Source: Ramazzottius varieornatus (Eukaryota; Animalia; Tardigrada). From it: a stretch of 64,000 bases of DNA. Position numbers and translations under genes: made by a program. Within the stretch, counting starts at the first letter, position 1. The number at the start of each line of letters is the position of its first letter. Of this stretch, positions 1 through 12,075 are shown piece after piece. The stretch is from assembly GCA_001949185.1 (NCBI GenBank), contig BDGG01000006.1, positions 664,827 to 728,826 of the forward strand. Direction: 5' to 3'. Under the pieces are notes generated by a model. It was not told where the DNA came from. It did not search any database and was given only the letters and a program-made list of their open reading frames with translations.

Positions 1-825
1 ACTAATGTTACCGACGGCTTTTATGTCCGTACTGATGACTCGCTGTACGGCACGTGGACGATTCCCACCAAGCTTCCGTCAAATACTCAAGCTGCCATGA
101 GGATTGAACTAAGAATCCAACCTGTGCTGGCACTGCACGAATCGTTCGTTGTGCGATCGGCGCATACCCTCGACGGCTAATTTGGATTTATCATCGCGAG
201 ATTCATCCCGAATGGTCCTGCACTTGCATGCCGGTTGGGACCTACGACTGATAGATTTTGAAGAATCTGAGGAAGCTCCGTTAGGCTTCGACAAATTCTT
301 GATGGAAGACTTATCTGCTGTGTTAATGGATAAGCAGCTGCGGATCAAATGCATTCAGGAGTTGTGTCGTAAATCACGGCAAAATATGTCCGATAGCTTT
401 TTCATCAGCAGCGCCGGCAAGTTTGATTCGCAGTACGGCAGATGGAGGATTCGGACCACACTTCCGTCCAATGTCCAGAGTTTAACGAGGATTGGCCGCA
501 TTAACCTCAATGCGAGCCACCAGGTTGCGTCTGGGACATCGTACAACCAGCGTTTTATATGAGCCTCGATGCGGATCGACCGTCAGTAATCGATCTCGTC
601 CATCCTTACGGAATCTCAGGTGAGACAGAATACAGTATGACGAACAAGCTCCTCACCTATTTCGAATCCTTCCACACGTACGAGTTTCTGTGGACGCCGA
701 ACAGGTTAGAGTGGAGCATCGACGGGAAGGATATTGCCAGCTTTCCGGATCGCAAAAGCTGCAAAAATGACCCACTAACCGGGGAGATTCCTTACGTGGG
801 GTTTATCATATCTCACTTACAGTAG
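1..825 (+). pseudogene. GH16 / beta-glucan-recognition-like fragment, frame-disrupted, 5' end outside window
   Basis: GH16-type motifs YGRWRIRTTLP (ORF 149..562) and FHTYEFLWTPNRLEWSIDG (ORF 559..825) lie in different frames. A second copy of the first motif (DSLYGTWTIPTKLPSNTQ) is at ~37-90. No catalytic EIDxE motif seen. Confidence 0.5.
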
Positions 826-1096
826 CTTCGGTTGCGCCTTCGCGATCTGGGCTACGTACCGGATTGTGTGACGGTTTGTTGGAGATTTGGGAAGATCCGC
901 ACGATTACATGCGATATTCGAGATTTGTCTGTATTCATTCCGTTGGCGGCTAATAACTATACTAGCTACGAAGAGAACATGGCAAATTTGTCAATGCAGA
1001 ATCGCACGGCGAAATTGTCTGCTTTTAGGGCGCGCGGTGGTGACACGTCGCCCGCCGTAACTGAACTGCCGTACCGAGCTGAGTAGGGTTTGCCAG

Positions 1097-1515
1097 TAGA
1101 GCCCTGCAACATGCAGCACGCTCCACACTGCACTGCATTTTACTGCAATGCATTGCAGTTACAGTCGCCGAAGTGGTGAGAAAATGCAGTTGCAGTACAG
1201 TTGTAGTTTTCAAAAAACGAGCATCGGTCGTCGCACTATACTTTTTTTGCCCCAAAACAGTAGTAAAATCAGCATTTTCTGCATTTCCTGGCCGGATTCT
1301 ACGGTTGAATCTCCGTAAAACAACGACGTTTACGATGTGTTCGACATGTTTTCCGTTGGCAGGCAGAAACTCTGAATTTTTAAATGCGGTGCAGGACGGA
1401 TGCAGTTTGGAAAACAGCAGAAAATTGCAGATGCAGTGCAGTTGCAGTTGCAGTTTCTGGAAACCGGATGCAGTGCAGAAGCAGCACTGGTTTCAGCTAC
1501 TGCTGCAGGGTTCTA
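1097..1515. mobile_element. hAT-type MITE
   Basis: 15-bp TIRs TAGAGCCCTGCAACA / TGCTGCAGGGTTCTA. 8-bp TSD TTTGCCAG (1089-1096) / TCTGCCAG (1516-1523). Interior rich in TGCAGT/ACTGCA repeats. Confidence 0.85.
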
Positions 1516-1787
1516 TCTGCCAGTAAACAATTTTGGTCGCCCGGTTCAAGTGGCGCATTTTTTTCTCAGTATAGAGTTTGTGACTTCTGAAAGCTCGAAC
1601 AATCTGATCGTCCAGTGAAATCTCGATAGAATTCTAAGGGCTTCGGTCGGCCTGGGAATGAAGCGACTATTCTCAATCCTTCAGCGAAACGTTAAAGCTT
1701 TGGCTCCCCGCTACTCTCTTTCCATCGAAAAACTTCATGCAAAGTGAACTATGTTTTGGTTTCTAGTCTTCGATCCCTTCGAGCGAA

Positions 1788-2243
1788 ATGTCCCCATACA
1801 TGAGTGCGTTTTGCGGACGAAACCATAGCCAGGTGTTTGATGAAGATAACACCCTAACCATTTCGTCCATTACCTACACTCCGCTTTCCCCCTCAATGCT
1901 CGCCAACCATAATGCGGATTCCACGCCGTGTCCCCTTGATCCGTGGGCTTCCACTACAAGCGCGGGCCCAGCAACGCAAAGTAAAAATACAACAGAGACC
2001 CAAGACGAAGAAAGAACACAGCCGACCGCGCCAGCACGGGATGAGGAGGACAGTGGCGTTCCCATAACAAGTGCCAATGCCACTTCTGCGAGTTCAGCGG
2101 ACTTAGTCGCGGAGCAGATCGAGATCGTTGCAACTGCTCTCAGCAGTATCGATCCCATCAGAAATTATTTGGAGCAACAGAAAACGGTGGACGGCGAACC
2201 TGACACGGGCCAAACTGAAGTACCGACGGTAATTCGACTATAA
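1788..2243 (+). CDS. Small acidic Ser/Thr-rich hypothetical protein
   Basis: 151-aa ATG ORF of low complexity with no recognisable domain. Confidence 0.35.
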   Translation: MSPYMSAFCGRNHSQVFDEDNTLTISSITYTPLSPSMLANHNADSTPCPLDPWASTTSAGPATQSKNTTETQDEERTQPTAPARDEEDSGVPITSANATSASSADLVAEQIEIVATALSSIDPIRNYLEQQKTVDGEPDTGQTEVPTVIRL

Positions 2244-2719
2244 CCTACAGCTTCTTGCTCTGAGAAGCTCTAGCTTCCTCGTTCAATCTTGTTCTTCACT
2301 TTTACCATATACGCTTAAAGAGTAATCATAGCAATTTAAGACGTGCTGTTTTATAGGTCCACGACATGCAATAGATACCTCAGCTTCATTGCGAAACCCA
2401 AATATTATGTATTTCTGAGCTGATGCTGTCATGATTATGGCTGTCCTGAGTTCAAAAAAACTAAGAAAGAAGCTCTCTCGCTCATGAGAGATAACGAACA
2501 GAAATCCTCCGCTATGGTCTCTGGATATGTTGAGCCAAAGGGAAGCACGGAAAGCCGACAATATTTCGTTCTTTTCCAAAGAAACGTTTGCTTTGCCTGA
2601 TTGTGAAATATCTAGTGACTCGTACACGGCCTGCCACTGACTTTTCTCCGAACACTGCCCTCGGCCCCTCGCCAATCCCTTTCAGTAGATGCACTACTTT
2701 CTACACTACTTGTTGGTTA

Positions 2720-3690
2720 GGTGCACAGCCTGGATGCGACTGTTAAAACATAGTGATTTCGAAGGTTGTCGGCGCACTAAAGCACGCATTTTTACGTGTA
2801 GAATTGTGCGTAGTGTAAAAGACGACACACTTTCCAGGACCGGGAAGGGAGATGCCGGGCTAACTTAATCGACCTTTGGATTAACGAGGTAAAAGTAGCG
2901 GACTTGTCCATGCAGAATCGCAAGGGGTACTTGTCCACCCCACGTCCCCTCATCCGGTGATCAAATTTTGTTATTGTTTGGTTTAATTGGATAGGAAAAC
3001 CACCACCTCTTTGTCAAACATGGTAGACACAAAAGAAAAGCGGACTTTCCAGAAACATCTACTGGGAACAGGGCAAGCCAGCATAATAAATGCTAAAAAG
3101 CCTGATTTTGAAAAATGAGCTGATCTTAATCATTCAAGTTACGATACACATGCACGTGTAAAATTTTCAGGGTGGACAGCTTCACCATGCGATTTTACAT
3201 GTAGAAGTCCGCTACCTTTGCCTCGTACTTTGGGTTCGCTATCTTTCATGTGAAAGATACCATCTCTCAAAACCCTAAGTCGTAGCAAACTTCTTCGCTC
3301 AATGGACGAAATTAACATGAGCCGTAAAAAACCACACCGTTCCTCCTTTCGGAGCCCATTGTTGCAAGAGCGTATACCCGCTGGCGAAGTGCAAACGGAA
3401 GACACAGTGTGGATTCGGGTGACGGGTCGCTTTGTGACGGTCCGGGACTAGGCCGTTCAGTGTATGACGTCACCCAAAGGACGAGAGCGGAGTCACACAA
3501 AAACTTTCCATTGAGCAAAGAAGTTTGGTCGTAGCGTCTCTCTTCTTCAGAACGTCTCTGGGTGTACTCTTGCTGTTAAGCTGCCACTCCGAATATGGCG
3601 TTTTCTTGATCCGTAAAAAAATACCCGTTTCCGTGCGCCAACAACCTTTGAAATCACTATGTTTTGAAGGTCGTATCCAGGCCGTGCACC
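2720..3690. mobile_element. Non-autonomous TIR element flanked by TA
   Basis: Imperfect ~60-70 bp inverted repeats GGTGCACAGCCTGGATGCGAC..AAAACATAGTGATTTCGAAGGTTG at the left and its reverse complement at ~3630-3690. TA on both sides. Confidence 0.75.
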
Positions 3691-4076
3691 TACGAGAGTC
3701 GCGGGCAGTGCACGTGGCCTCGACCTTGTACCTAAACAAGCAGAGTCACAACACGATGCTCATTTCTGTACCAATAATTGAAACAACCACAACAACGTTT
3801 ATTTCGTGATTCTTATTGACAAAGATTGTTTGCCTACTCTAACCAAACCCGAAACAAAACAAGTATTCTTTCATCAGTTCCAGAAAGCAGCGTAAACACC
3901 TCTAAGTAACGAGGACGGGCGAAAATTCTTCCTATTGCATTCGGACTCCTTCAAACTTTTGTGGTGCACTAACAGGTAAATATCGGCTATTACGTGGTGC
4001 TAGTCGTTATGTGAAGTTCATCAAATAAATCCAGCGTACAGGCATAGATTGACATTTTCCGAGAAGACTGCACTGT

Positions 4077-4511
4077 TCACGTCGCATTTTTGCCCACTTG
4101 AATTTTGGAGGGTGTCACGGGTAGACCGAGTGGGACTGGTGTTTCTGGCAGCGGCGTGAGGTAGTTCTCCCACTCCGCGTCGAGTGCCTTTTGCTCCTCT
4201 TGCAGAGTCTCTGTTTCTTTGCCAAGACCCGCCAGCTCTTCGTCGATCTCGCCCACTTGCTCTGCTGTCCAGTTCTTCAAAAGCATATGGTTTCTCAGAA
4301 ACTCTACTTGCATATCATCTTGAATGTCTTCCAAAGCCAACCTTGTCAAGCCGTCCGCTAATAAATCAAATACGCCGGAATTGATCAAAAGCTGGAAGAT
4401 CTTCTTGCTCGTCTGATGTTCGCCCAAATAGATGACGAGAATCTTCTCGACGTCCTCGGCGCTGAAAGCAGTTTGTTCTTTGAGTTTTCTCACCTCCATG
4501 TTCTGACACAT
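4077..4511 (-). CDS. Small coiled-coil protein, possibly MYCBP (AMY-1)/Dpy-30-like
   Basis: LINSGVFDLLADGLTRL...VEFLRNHM followed by a heptad coil resembles the MYCBP pattern (SGVLDxLxxxL...DFLKHHL + coil). Recognised from memory only. Confidence 0.45.
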   Translation of the reverse strand: MCQNMEVRKLKEQTAFSAEDVEKILVIYLGEHQTSKKIFQLLINSGVFDLLADGLTRLALEDIQDDMQVEFLRNHMLLKNWTAEQVGEIDEELAGLGKETETLQEEQKALDAEWENYLTPLPETPVPLGLPVTPSKIQVGKNAT

Positions 4512-4939
4512 CTGCCTTCGATCTTGAGGTGAAAAAGCTCAAACGGCTCGCCCAGCGTATCACAGTTGATTCACGGCGCCTTTCTTGCTTCAGTTGCTCA
4601 TCCGTTACTCGGAGACGGATATCCTAAATGAAAAGCTTTGCACCCAGGTCAACGAAAGATACCGAGCACTGTCCCGATATCGGCGTTCCAGATTCATGTC
4701 ATAAGTCCATTCGCCGTCGTCGCTTATCAGAACCCCGTCCTCACGATCACACGTGCACACTACCGGGTGGCGCCCACTAATTCCAAAATGCTTTATCTTC
4801 CCTTACTTTCCAGGGTACTGCGCATGAAGGATCTACGACACACCGTTCAATGGAAAAAACATTGTCTATCTAGGGAGCAGTTTCGGGATACAAGAGTTAT
4901 CACATCTTTCTGATGCTAAAACAAGAAGGTGGTCTCCAC

Positions 4940-5123
4940 CAGCGGTGACAGGGGAAATTCAAGGGTCTCGGGGTCCGATTTAGCGCCCTCTATCGGCCGA
5001 CGGCAGTCTTGTGGCGTCCCATAAGTGGGCAAGTTGATTGCTCGGACTCCACAGGACTACCGTGGGTCGATAGAGGGCGCTAAATCGGACCCCGAGACGC
5101 CTGAATTTCCATTGTCACCGCTG
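4940..5123. mobile_element. Palindromic hAT-type MITE
   Basis: CAGCGGTGACA...TGTCACCGCTG ends with ~80-bp arms. 8-bp TSD GTCTCCAC / ATCTCCAC. Confidence 0.88.
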
Positions 5124-5683
5124 ATCTCCACTCGGCGTACTTCTGGGATCTTCCGTGTCGTACAGTGTGGACAGCTACTTGCAGGATCTCTTCAGCTTGC
5201 CTGATGGGTATGCTTTGATGGACCATACCCTGCCTTTTCCACCTACCGTGCGCAGCAAAAGTTGGCTCAAATTTACTTGATAGTAAAGAAACAAAAATTA
5301 TAGCCTATGGCAGGCAGATTTCTTCAAAACGAAGCTGTTTACGATCAATAAAACCTATTTTTCCACTGCGCCTTCCGGATCGTCAAGCGGAAAACGTCAG
5401 TTATCTCCCGATAGAGGAGTGTTCGGTACTGTTATTAGTGATGGATGAACGTTTATTATAATTTGAACGTTTATTATAATTTTTTGCTCGTTGTTTCCAG
5501 GAATAGCTTTGAGCTCCGTTGTAACCACCGAACATTCGGAGGAAGGAATAAGTTGACAATTGAGCATGAGGCATTGGATGTACAGTAGCTCTGATGGAAA
5601 TCCCACTCGTCAGAATAGATTCGTGCACATTTGAAAAGTAGAAAATTAACACGATCTATCAGTGTTGCTGTACGCTTTCCCAT

Positions 5684-6043
5684 TTATTCAGCATCGATAT
5701 CTGCATGGTGCTCGCTTGAAGGACCGGTAAAAGATGCGTTAAATCCGGCAACCAGACTTAATAAGTTCTGGGGCGTGGGCTTGTTACATTTTGGGAGGTC
5801 GTCGCGGAAAATCCCTTTCTGGAGATCGACGGTAGTGAAACAGTACGGTTTCAGTATGCGATTAAAAGTCCCGTCTATCGTCAGTATCTCTTTAGCAGTC
5901 AGCGAACTGGGATGGACGCGTGTATCAACGTAGACCCGCGGGTCGTCGTAGATGGCCGTCAGGTAGTTGGGAACATCAGCAGTAGATGATCTCAAACCCT
6001 CGCGGTCCGGTGACTTCGTACAGGTAATAGTAGGTACATACAT
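5684..6043 (-). pseudogene. Possible MULE transposase relic
   Basis: LTIDGTFN resembles the first-Asp DG/ST(F/Y) motif of Mutator DDE domains. The rest of the domain is not seen. Confidence 0.25.
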
Positions 6044-6074
6044 TGTAATTGCCGGTATGTTCGTGACTGCACTA

Positions 6075-6219
6075 CGAAGAGCAAGGTCTTACTTTGCGCG
6101 GCCTAAAACTCTGCTCACCATACTTCGCGAGCTACGCACAGGCTTCTTGGGCTTTATGACGTAGACGCGACGTGAAAGAGCAAAGTTGTACGCTGCGCAA
6201 AGTAAGACCTTGCTCCTCG
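6075..6219. mobile_element. Tc1/mariner-type MITE
   Basis: ~28-bp TIR CGAAGAGCAAGGTCTTACTTTGCGCGGC / GCTGCGCAAAGTAAGACCTTGCTCCTCG, flanked by TA on both sides. Confidence 0.8.
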
Positions 6220-6286
6220 TACAACACTACATACAGTGCAAGCCAAAACGTGGTATCAAGTGCACATAAGTGTGTCAGGAGGTGTC

Positions 6287-7209
6287 TAAGCTCCGTTTCA
6301 TGAGTACCGTACTTTTGAATATCGTCTTTTCAAGTTCAGAGAAAATTCTAATCGAGCTAGGACCTTTTCTGCGACTATATTTGTCCATCAGAGCTATCAG
6401 ATGGCCGTTGCAGAAAGTTGGGATCAGCGCTTGATCATTTCGCTACCGGGGAAGATCAGTTGATAAGATCTCTGCTTCCCGTCAATATTTTCCTTGTACG
6501 ATCTCGTACCCGTAAACTAAGCCCGGGTACAGGTGTGCGGCTGGTCCGTCAATCAACGTGTATTTTAAATCAAAANNNNNNNNNNNNNNNNNNNNNNNNN
6601 NNNNNNNNNNNNNNNNNNNNNNNNNNNNNNNNNNNNNNNNNNNNNNNNNNNNNNNNNNNNNNNNNNNNNNNNNNNNNNNNNNNNNNNNNNNNNNNNNNNN
6701 NNNNNNNNNNNNNNNNNNNNNNNNNNNNNNNNNNNNNNNNNNNNNNNNNNNNNNNNNNNNNNNNNNNNNNNNNNNNNNNNNNNNNNNNNNNNNNNNNNNN
6801 NNNNNNNNNNNNNNNNNNNNNNNNNNNNNNNNNNNNNNNNNNNNNNNNNNNNNNNNNNNNNNNNNNNNNNNNNNNNNNNNNNNNNNNNNNNNNNNGATTG
6901 TCCGATCGCAAACATTTCACGTTTTGATTTAAAATTCGCGGTGATTGACGGACCAGCCGCACACCTGTACCCGGGCTTAGTTTACGGGTACGAGATCGTA
7001 CAAGGAAAATATTGACGGGAAGCAGAGATCTTATCAACTGATCTTCCCCGGTAGCGAAATGATCAAGCGCTGATCCCAACTTTCTGCAACGGCCATCTGA
7101 TAGCTCTGATGGACAAATATAGTCGCAGATAAGGTTCCAGCTCGATTGGAATCTTATCTGAACTTAAAGAGACGATATTCAAAAGTACGGACTGATGAAA
7201 CGGAGCTTA
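6287..7209. mobile_element. Foldback element with ~290-bp inverted arms; centre unresolved
   Basis: 6287-6575 is the reverse complement of ~6922-7209. Mirror ORFs 6418(+) and 7079(-) are nearly identical. Confidence 0.85.
6576..6895. other. Assembly gap (320 N)
   Basis: Run of N inside the long inverted repeat. Confidence 1.
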
Positions 7210-7323
7210 CAGAATGGTATTTACATAGCTAAGACCACCGCATGGAAGTCACGATCAGCTGTTCACGAAGTCCGATGTGAGGCAGTTCACCAGCAGATAT
7301 CGCTGGTGTTTCACTGCACCTCG

Positions 7324-8544
7324 ATGGCTCGGCCACCGGTTTTCTCACAGTTACTTCTGATCCTTTTGTCCATAAGTCTGCCATGTATCCCCGGGGTTTC
7401 CTCCTACAGGCCGGTCGTGGTGGTGAGTGATCGCGTGAGCTGCTTTCGAAACAAAGCTATGTACGCGTCACACTTACTCTAGGTGTCGCGGTGTCATCTG
7501 AATTACAGGTTCACGGGATAATGGACAATGCCATGGCGCTGTTTGATCTCCAAGACGCCATCACGACAGCGCATCCGGGTACAGAGGTCTTCTTGATCCC
7601 TATGTTCCAAAGGATGAAGAGCGCTTGGCCCATGTGGACTCAAGTACTGGGATTCGGTCAATCAATCAAGAATATCTCGGATACATACCGAGATACTGGC
7701 ATCAATATTATCGGATACAGCCAAGGCGGACTTATTGCTCGAGGTGTGATACAGGTTTGCTGCCTGTTGGACTTTGTATCGCAGCTTGAGCAGCTTATGT
7801 CCGCATCGTTCGAGAACCAACATTGTTTTTTCCGCTTCTCCAGACGGTGGATGATTTGAACGTTCACACATTCATTTCGCTCAGCTCACCTCAAGGAGGC
7901 CAATACGGAGATACCAGTTATTTGTACGTGGGGAAACTGTCCTCTCATCCCATTTTTTCGCTGGGCTCGAAAACCACGAAGCGGTTGATTTCTTGTCTTT
8001 ACAGGAGATACCTGTTTCCGCATTACTTGAAAGATACTCTATACCGGATACTCTACTCGCGGTTTGGACAAACTTTCAGCGTCGGCGGATACTGTAAGCC
8101 CACACCGTTGACAAAATTGATGTTGCTACTCTGCCGTTATACAGATTTTTCTTTTTGTCTTCAGGGAGAGACCCGCATCATTTAGAGTTGTACAAAACCA
8201 CGACGCAATATCTGTCGTTCCTCAACGCGGAAACTCTGTTACCAAACCCGAACTTGACATCCTACAAGAACAATTTCACCAAGCTGAAAAAGGTGGTGTT
8301 AATTGGTGGGCCAGATGACGGTGTAATAACGCCATGGCAGTCTGCGCATTTTGCCGTGTTCGACGAGAAGGAAATGGTGGTGCCTTTGCATGATCAAGAC
8401 GCCTATAAAAAAGACCTATTTGGACTTAGTACCTTGGAGGAACGGGGTGACTTAGTCTTGTTGACCAAGGCCAATGTTCATCATACCACATGGCATTTTG
8501 ACCCCGATGTTTTCAGAGATTGTATTGAGCCATTTCTGTCGTGA
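7324..8544 (+). CDS. PPT2: Lysosomal thioesterase (palmitoyl-protein thioesterase 2), 5 exons
   Basis: Signal peptide, then YRPVVV|VHG, nucleophile motif [51 protein letters not shown] and HHTTWH. Four GT-AG introns keep the frame. Confidence 0.93.
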
Positions 8545-9269
8545 TTAAACACTCCAAATGTAAATCTCATCTGGTGACTCGTCTGCGTAACTCGCTCAAC
8601 CAAGGTTACTTTCCACCGGAACATTAACTTCAAATCCGAATTTTGAGCAAGGCCGTAGAGCAGATCGCAAGTTGAGGCAAACCGGCTCAATTGTCCCCCA
8701 AACGGAGCGGCATGCGTCTGAGATTGGTTCGGTTGGGAATTAATTGCTCTCAACTATTCCTTACGCTCTGAGCTACGAAATTAAGGGGAACGAACACGGA
8801 AAACGGCTGGTGAAATGGAAGCTTGCATATCGCAAGACTGCCAGCGGAGGTTATTAATTCATAATGAAGAACCACAGAAAATGAGGGGAGGGTGGGCCGA
8901 AAAAATGCGAGGGGCTCGCAGAATGAAGAATGAAAGTAAGGAGACGCTTTGCCATCCGATGGTCATCGTCAAACATGGCTAACTCGTACGTTCGCATCGA
9001 GTGCGTACGAGGGCAAATATGAGAAGGAAACTCGAGGGAGAAGTGGAAGTCCCTCCACAGTTAACGGCGAATAAGCTTGCTTATTTTCTAGTGAAAAGTC
9101 TATTGGTTAACGGACGGAATTCTGCGTTCTGCCATACGGTTATGGTAAGTGGGAATGGGATAAGAGGTCACACAATTTCATTTTCCATGGAAAAAAAGCT
9201 AAACGAGGCTCACTGTTACTCGAAATGACTTTTCAAGGCTGTCGACATCGTCATCAGTTTTCGTTACTC

Positions 9270-10200
9270 TGTTTCGTTGCATTACGAACGTATTAGACAG
9301 TGTGGTACTCCACGATGATGGAAATGAAGGGTGTGGGATGGACTGCAGAATACGGCATCAGATTTGCCTGGATATTGTTAGTCATATTATTGGTCAGCTC
9401 GACAACGGAAGTTACAGCAGGTACGCGCGCGCGCTTCCGCGGCATACAACTCTTGGTTTTGTGCTCTGCACTCTGATGCACTCATATCGAAGCACTGTTG
9501 CAGATGTGACTGACTGCGTGGTTCGCTCCAGTTCCCCACGAAAATACGGTGCGGGACTAAAACTTTTCGACCAGAGAGACTAGACTGCCTCTCGCTTGGC
9601 CCGTCATCGGTTTCGAAATATACAACTGAATGCACCACTCTGCTGTCGCAGTACATTCCGGCAAACAACGTTAGTTGTTGAGTGTCAATTTTCTACGACA
9701 CGGATAATACAACAAGCAAGTCGAGAATGTTGAAAAAGAGAAAGCACGACAAAGCACTCCGTAGCATTAAGTCACCCATCAGGGTCCCGAGCCCAGGGAA
9801 TGGTTTTACCGTTTTGCAGTCGTGGATGTGGTTCGGGATTGTAAAGATATGAAGTTTCTAGAAGATAAGGCCTTTGCCAGCGCAGCGCAGGCTCCTGGAG
9901 GAACCACCGGCTGCCCTACGCCATTCACGTGGTTTGGTGCAACGACATGCGTCTGCACTACCGGAAACAACTGCAACAATGCTACCTTCGATGCAATGTT
10001 TCCGATGATGTCAGCAGCTGTATCTGATCCCGGTCACTCCGACTGGCGGTCAGGACCAGAGACCGGCTGCTGATCTGCAGGTCCGGGCTGATGGTGGTGG
10101 TCAAAGTGCTTCGACTCCCACATCAGACACGACAAAGACAAGCACCAGCACCATTGGGACAACACTCGCCATCACTTTCGTCTGGCTAACTTACTAGCTC
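9270..10200 (+). pseudogene. Ly6/quiver-like Cys-rich, probably GPI-anchored gene, degenerate copy 1
   Basis: Exon 9820-10070 reads VVRDC...CPTP...TCVCTTGNNCN. A hydrophobic tail (TLAITFVWLTY*) follows near 10160-10198. The upstream part is paralogous to 10370-10810 but contains stops. Confidence 0.4.
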
Positions 10201-10369
10201 ATTTCCGCGTTTGGCCCTTATCATCAAATCACTTCGATTCTTCAGTCTAAAAATGTATGAGGAAGATGACTTGCTAACCTCTTCTCTATGAAAACCTAAT
10301 TATTTTAAAAAAGTGCCAATGTTTGAAGATGACTCACTGCTTGAGATTGTCTGATGTATTCTGCCTTAA

Positions 10370-10810
10370 CCACTCTGTTTCGTTGCAGTACGAACGTATC
10401 TGTAAGTGTCGTACTTCACAATAATGGTTATTCAAATCCAAGGGGTGGACTGGAAAACACAGCTTAGCGTTTGCCTGGGAACCTTTTGCTCTATTGTTGG
10501 TCTGGTCGAAAATGGAAGAGGTTGCGGCCGGTAGGCAGTTAGCTGACGCTGATAAATTAAGTTGTGTGCACTCCCCGTTAGTTTACGCAGACACGTTGAA
10601 GGACGCTTTGCAGATATTACCGACTGCATAGTTTGTTCCACATCCGAAATCTACCCAAGTCCATATGTCGGCGGAGATTGCCGGATGAACTCCTACGCGG
10701 TGAGGTATACAAGGAAGTGCAGCACTCGAGACTTTCTAGCCGGTGTTCTGCCGTCCAGAATAGGATGTGAAAAGACCAAGATGTTCCATACGAGTGAAAA
10801 GACATGTACG
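10370..10810 (+). pseudogene. Ly6/quiver-like Cys-rich gene fragment, copy 2
   Basis: DITDCIVCSTSE...YTRKCS...IGCEK...KTCT then a GTAAGT donor. Nucleotide similarity to 9270-9600 (CTCTGTTTCGTTGCA.TACGAACGTAT). Confidence 0.4.
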
Positions 10811-11431
10811 GTAAGTCACCATGTGTCAAAAGTACCGAAGCGGGTGTTTTTGCGTGAAAATCAACCTCCGAAAGTGGGTAGAATGGACAGGCAGAGTCAC
10901 ACCAGATTTTGACCCGTCACGTTTGCCAAGGGGAAAACGGCCTTCTGTGATTGGCTTGGGTCAAAATGACCACACATGTTCATCCAACCTCTTTTTGGAG
11001 CTTAATGTCCGCGTACACTGTATTAGGTTAATCTGGAACAGTGTCGTACTCGGACAACAAGCCTTTCTGCTTTGAAGCCCATACCGTTCGGGATTGCATG
11101 GATATTCAAACGTTAGCTGACTCTCCCATGACAATGCCTTCAACGCCACCATGAAATCAAAGCAATTACCTAGCTATGAATTACACTAAACGCACGAAGG
11201 TAAAATTTGGAGCAGTAAAAAGTTTGGATCAGGCTATTCCGAAACAGCGGAACGAAAGTACTTATGTACGTCTGCAATGCACACCAATGTACTTTTTGGT
11301 GAATTTTCATGAGTGAAGTTTCAGTTGGCCGGCTTTCCAGTCTGATCCAAGCTTTTTACTTCTTGAAACTCTATCTTCGTACGTGTACGCGTTTGATTGT
11401 CATAATTGACATGCGACTGATTAATACCGAC

Positions 11432-11792
11432 CTCGGGCGAACATGACTTGGAACTCCCGTTGCGCTGACATGGAAGAAGAAAACTGCTTGTCGGCGTAGA
11501 GAGAAGCGAGGCTGGTCGCGGCTTCTGCGGCGGCATCTGGGCACGACAGCAATCCAGGTACGAAATGGCGTGTCAAGGAGAGGTTCTGGCAGACGCGAGG
11601 GTACAGCTTCATGCTATGCTCGATGGCCGTATCGTAAGCTGATCCGGCAATCTGGTAGTCCATGTGAACTCGACCAACGCCAGCACCACCAATGACCATC
11701 ATAATAAGGCGGATGTGTACCGCACTGGCAACAGTCAATCCCGAAAGGACTACGGACAGTTCGAAGAACGGTAAGAGTGCTTGAGGCCTCAT
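11432..11792 (-). pseudogene. Orphan first exon of an ANF-receptor-type ectodomain gene (paralog of 16840-17199)
   Basis: Signal peptide + YQIAGSAYDTAIEHSMKLYP...HFVPGLLSCPDAAAEA closely matches ORF 16696..17208. No downstream exons recognised. Confidence 0.6.
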
Positions 11793-11929
11793 AGCTGTGG
11801 AATAGCGACGATTTACTGTGCTTGGGTGTCCCGGTGGCAAAGGGAAACAGTAACCCTATTCAGTACGATAGAAACTTTGATCAAGACTATAGAAAAGTCG
11901 CAAATTTGCCTTCAGCACGCTCGAAGTGA

Positions 11930-12075
11930 AATCATGGGCCGGGCCTTTTCACTGCGGCGGTACGCAGTGGTACGGAAGCACCCTCCGTACGGTACTGATT
12001 CATACTAATACACTTTCTGACTCTTTGCTACGGTCGAATTCCATTTTGCCGTCTTTTCCGCCTGGTCAATAATTT
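11930..12075. mobile_element. MITE, TIR AAT(T/C)ATGG(G/A)CC(A/G)GGC, copy 1
   Basis: Inverted ends; full-length similarity to 13829-13962. Confidence 0.65.

Noticed and set aside
1025-1618. Cys/Gln-rich ORFs
   Set aside because: Translations of TGCAGT repeats inside the hAT MITE.
6418-7079. ORFs spanning the N run
   Set aside because: Artefacts of translating N within an inverted repeat.
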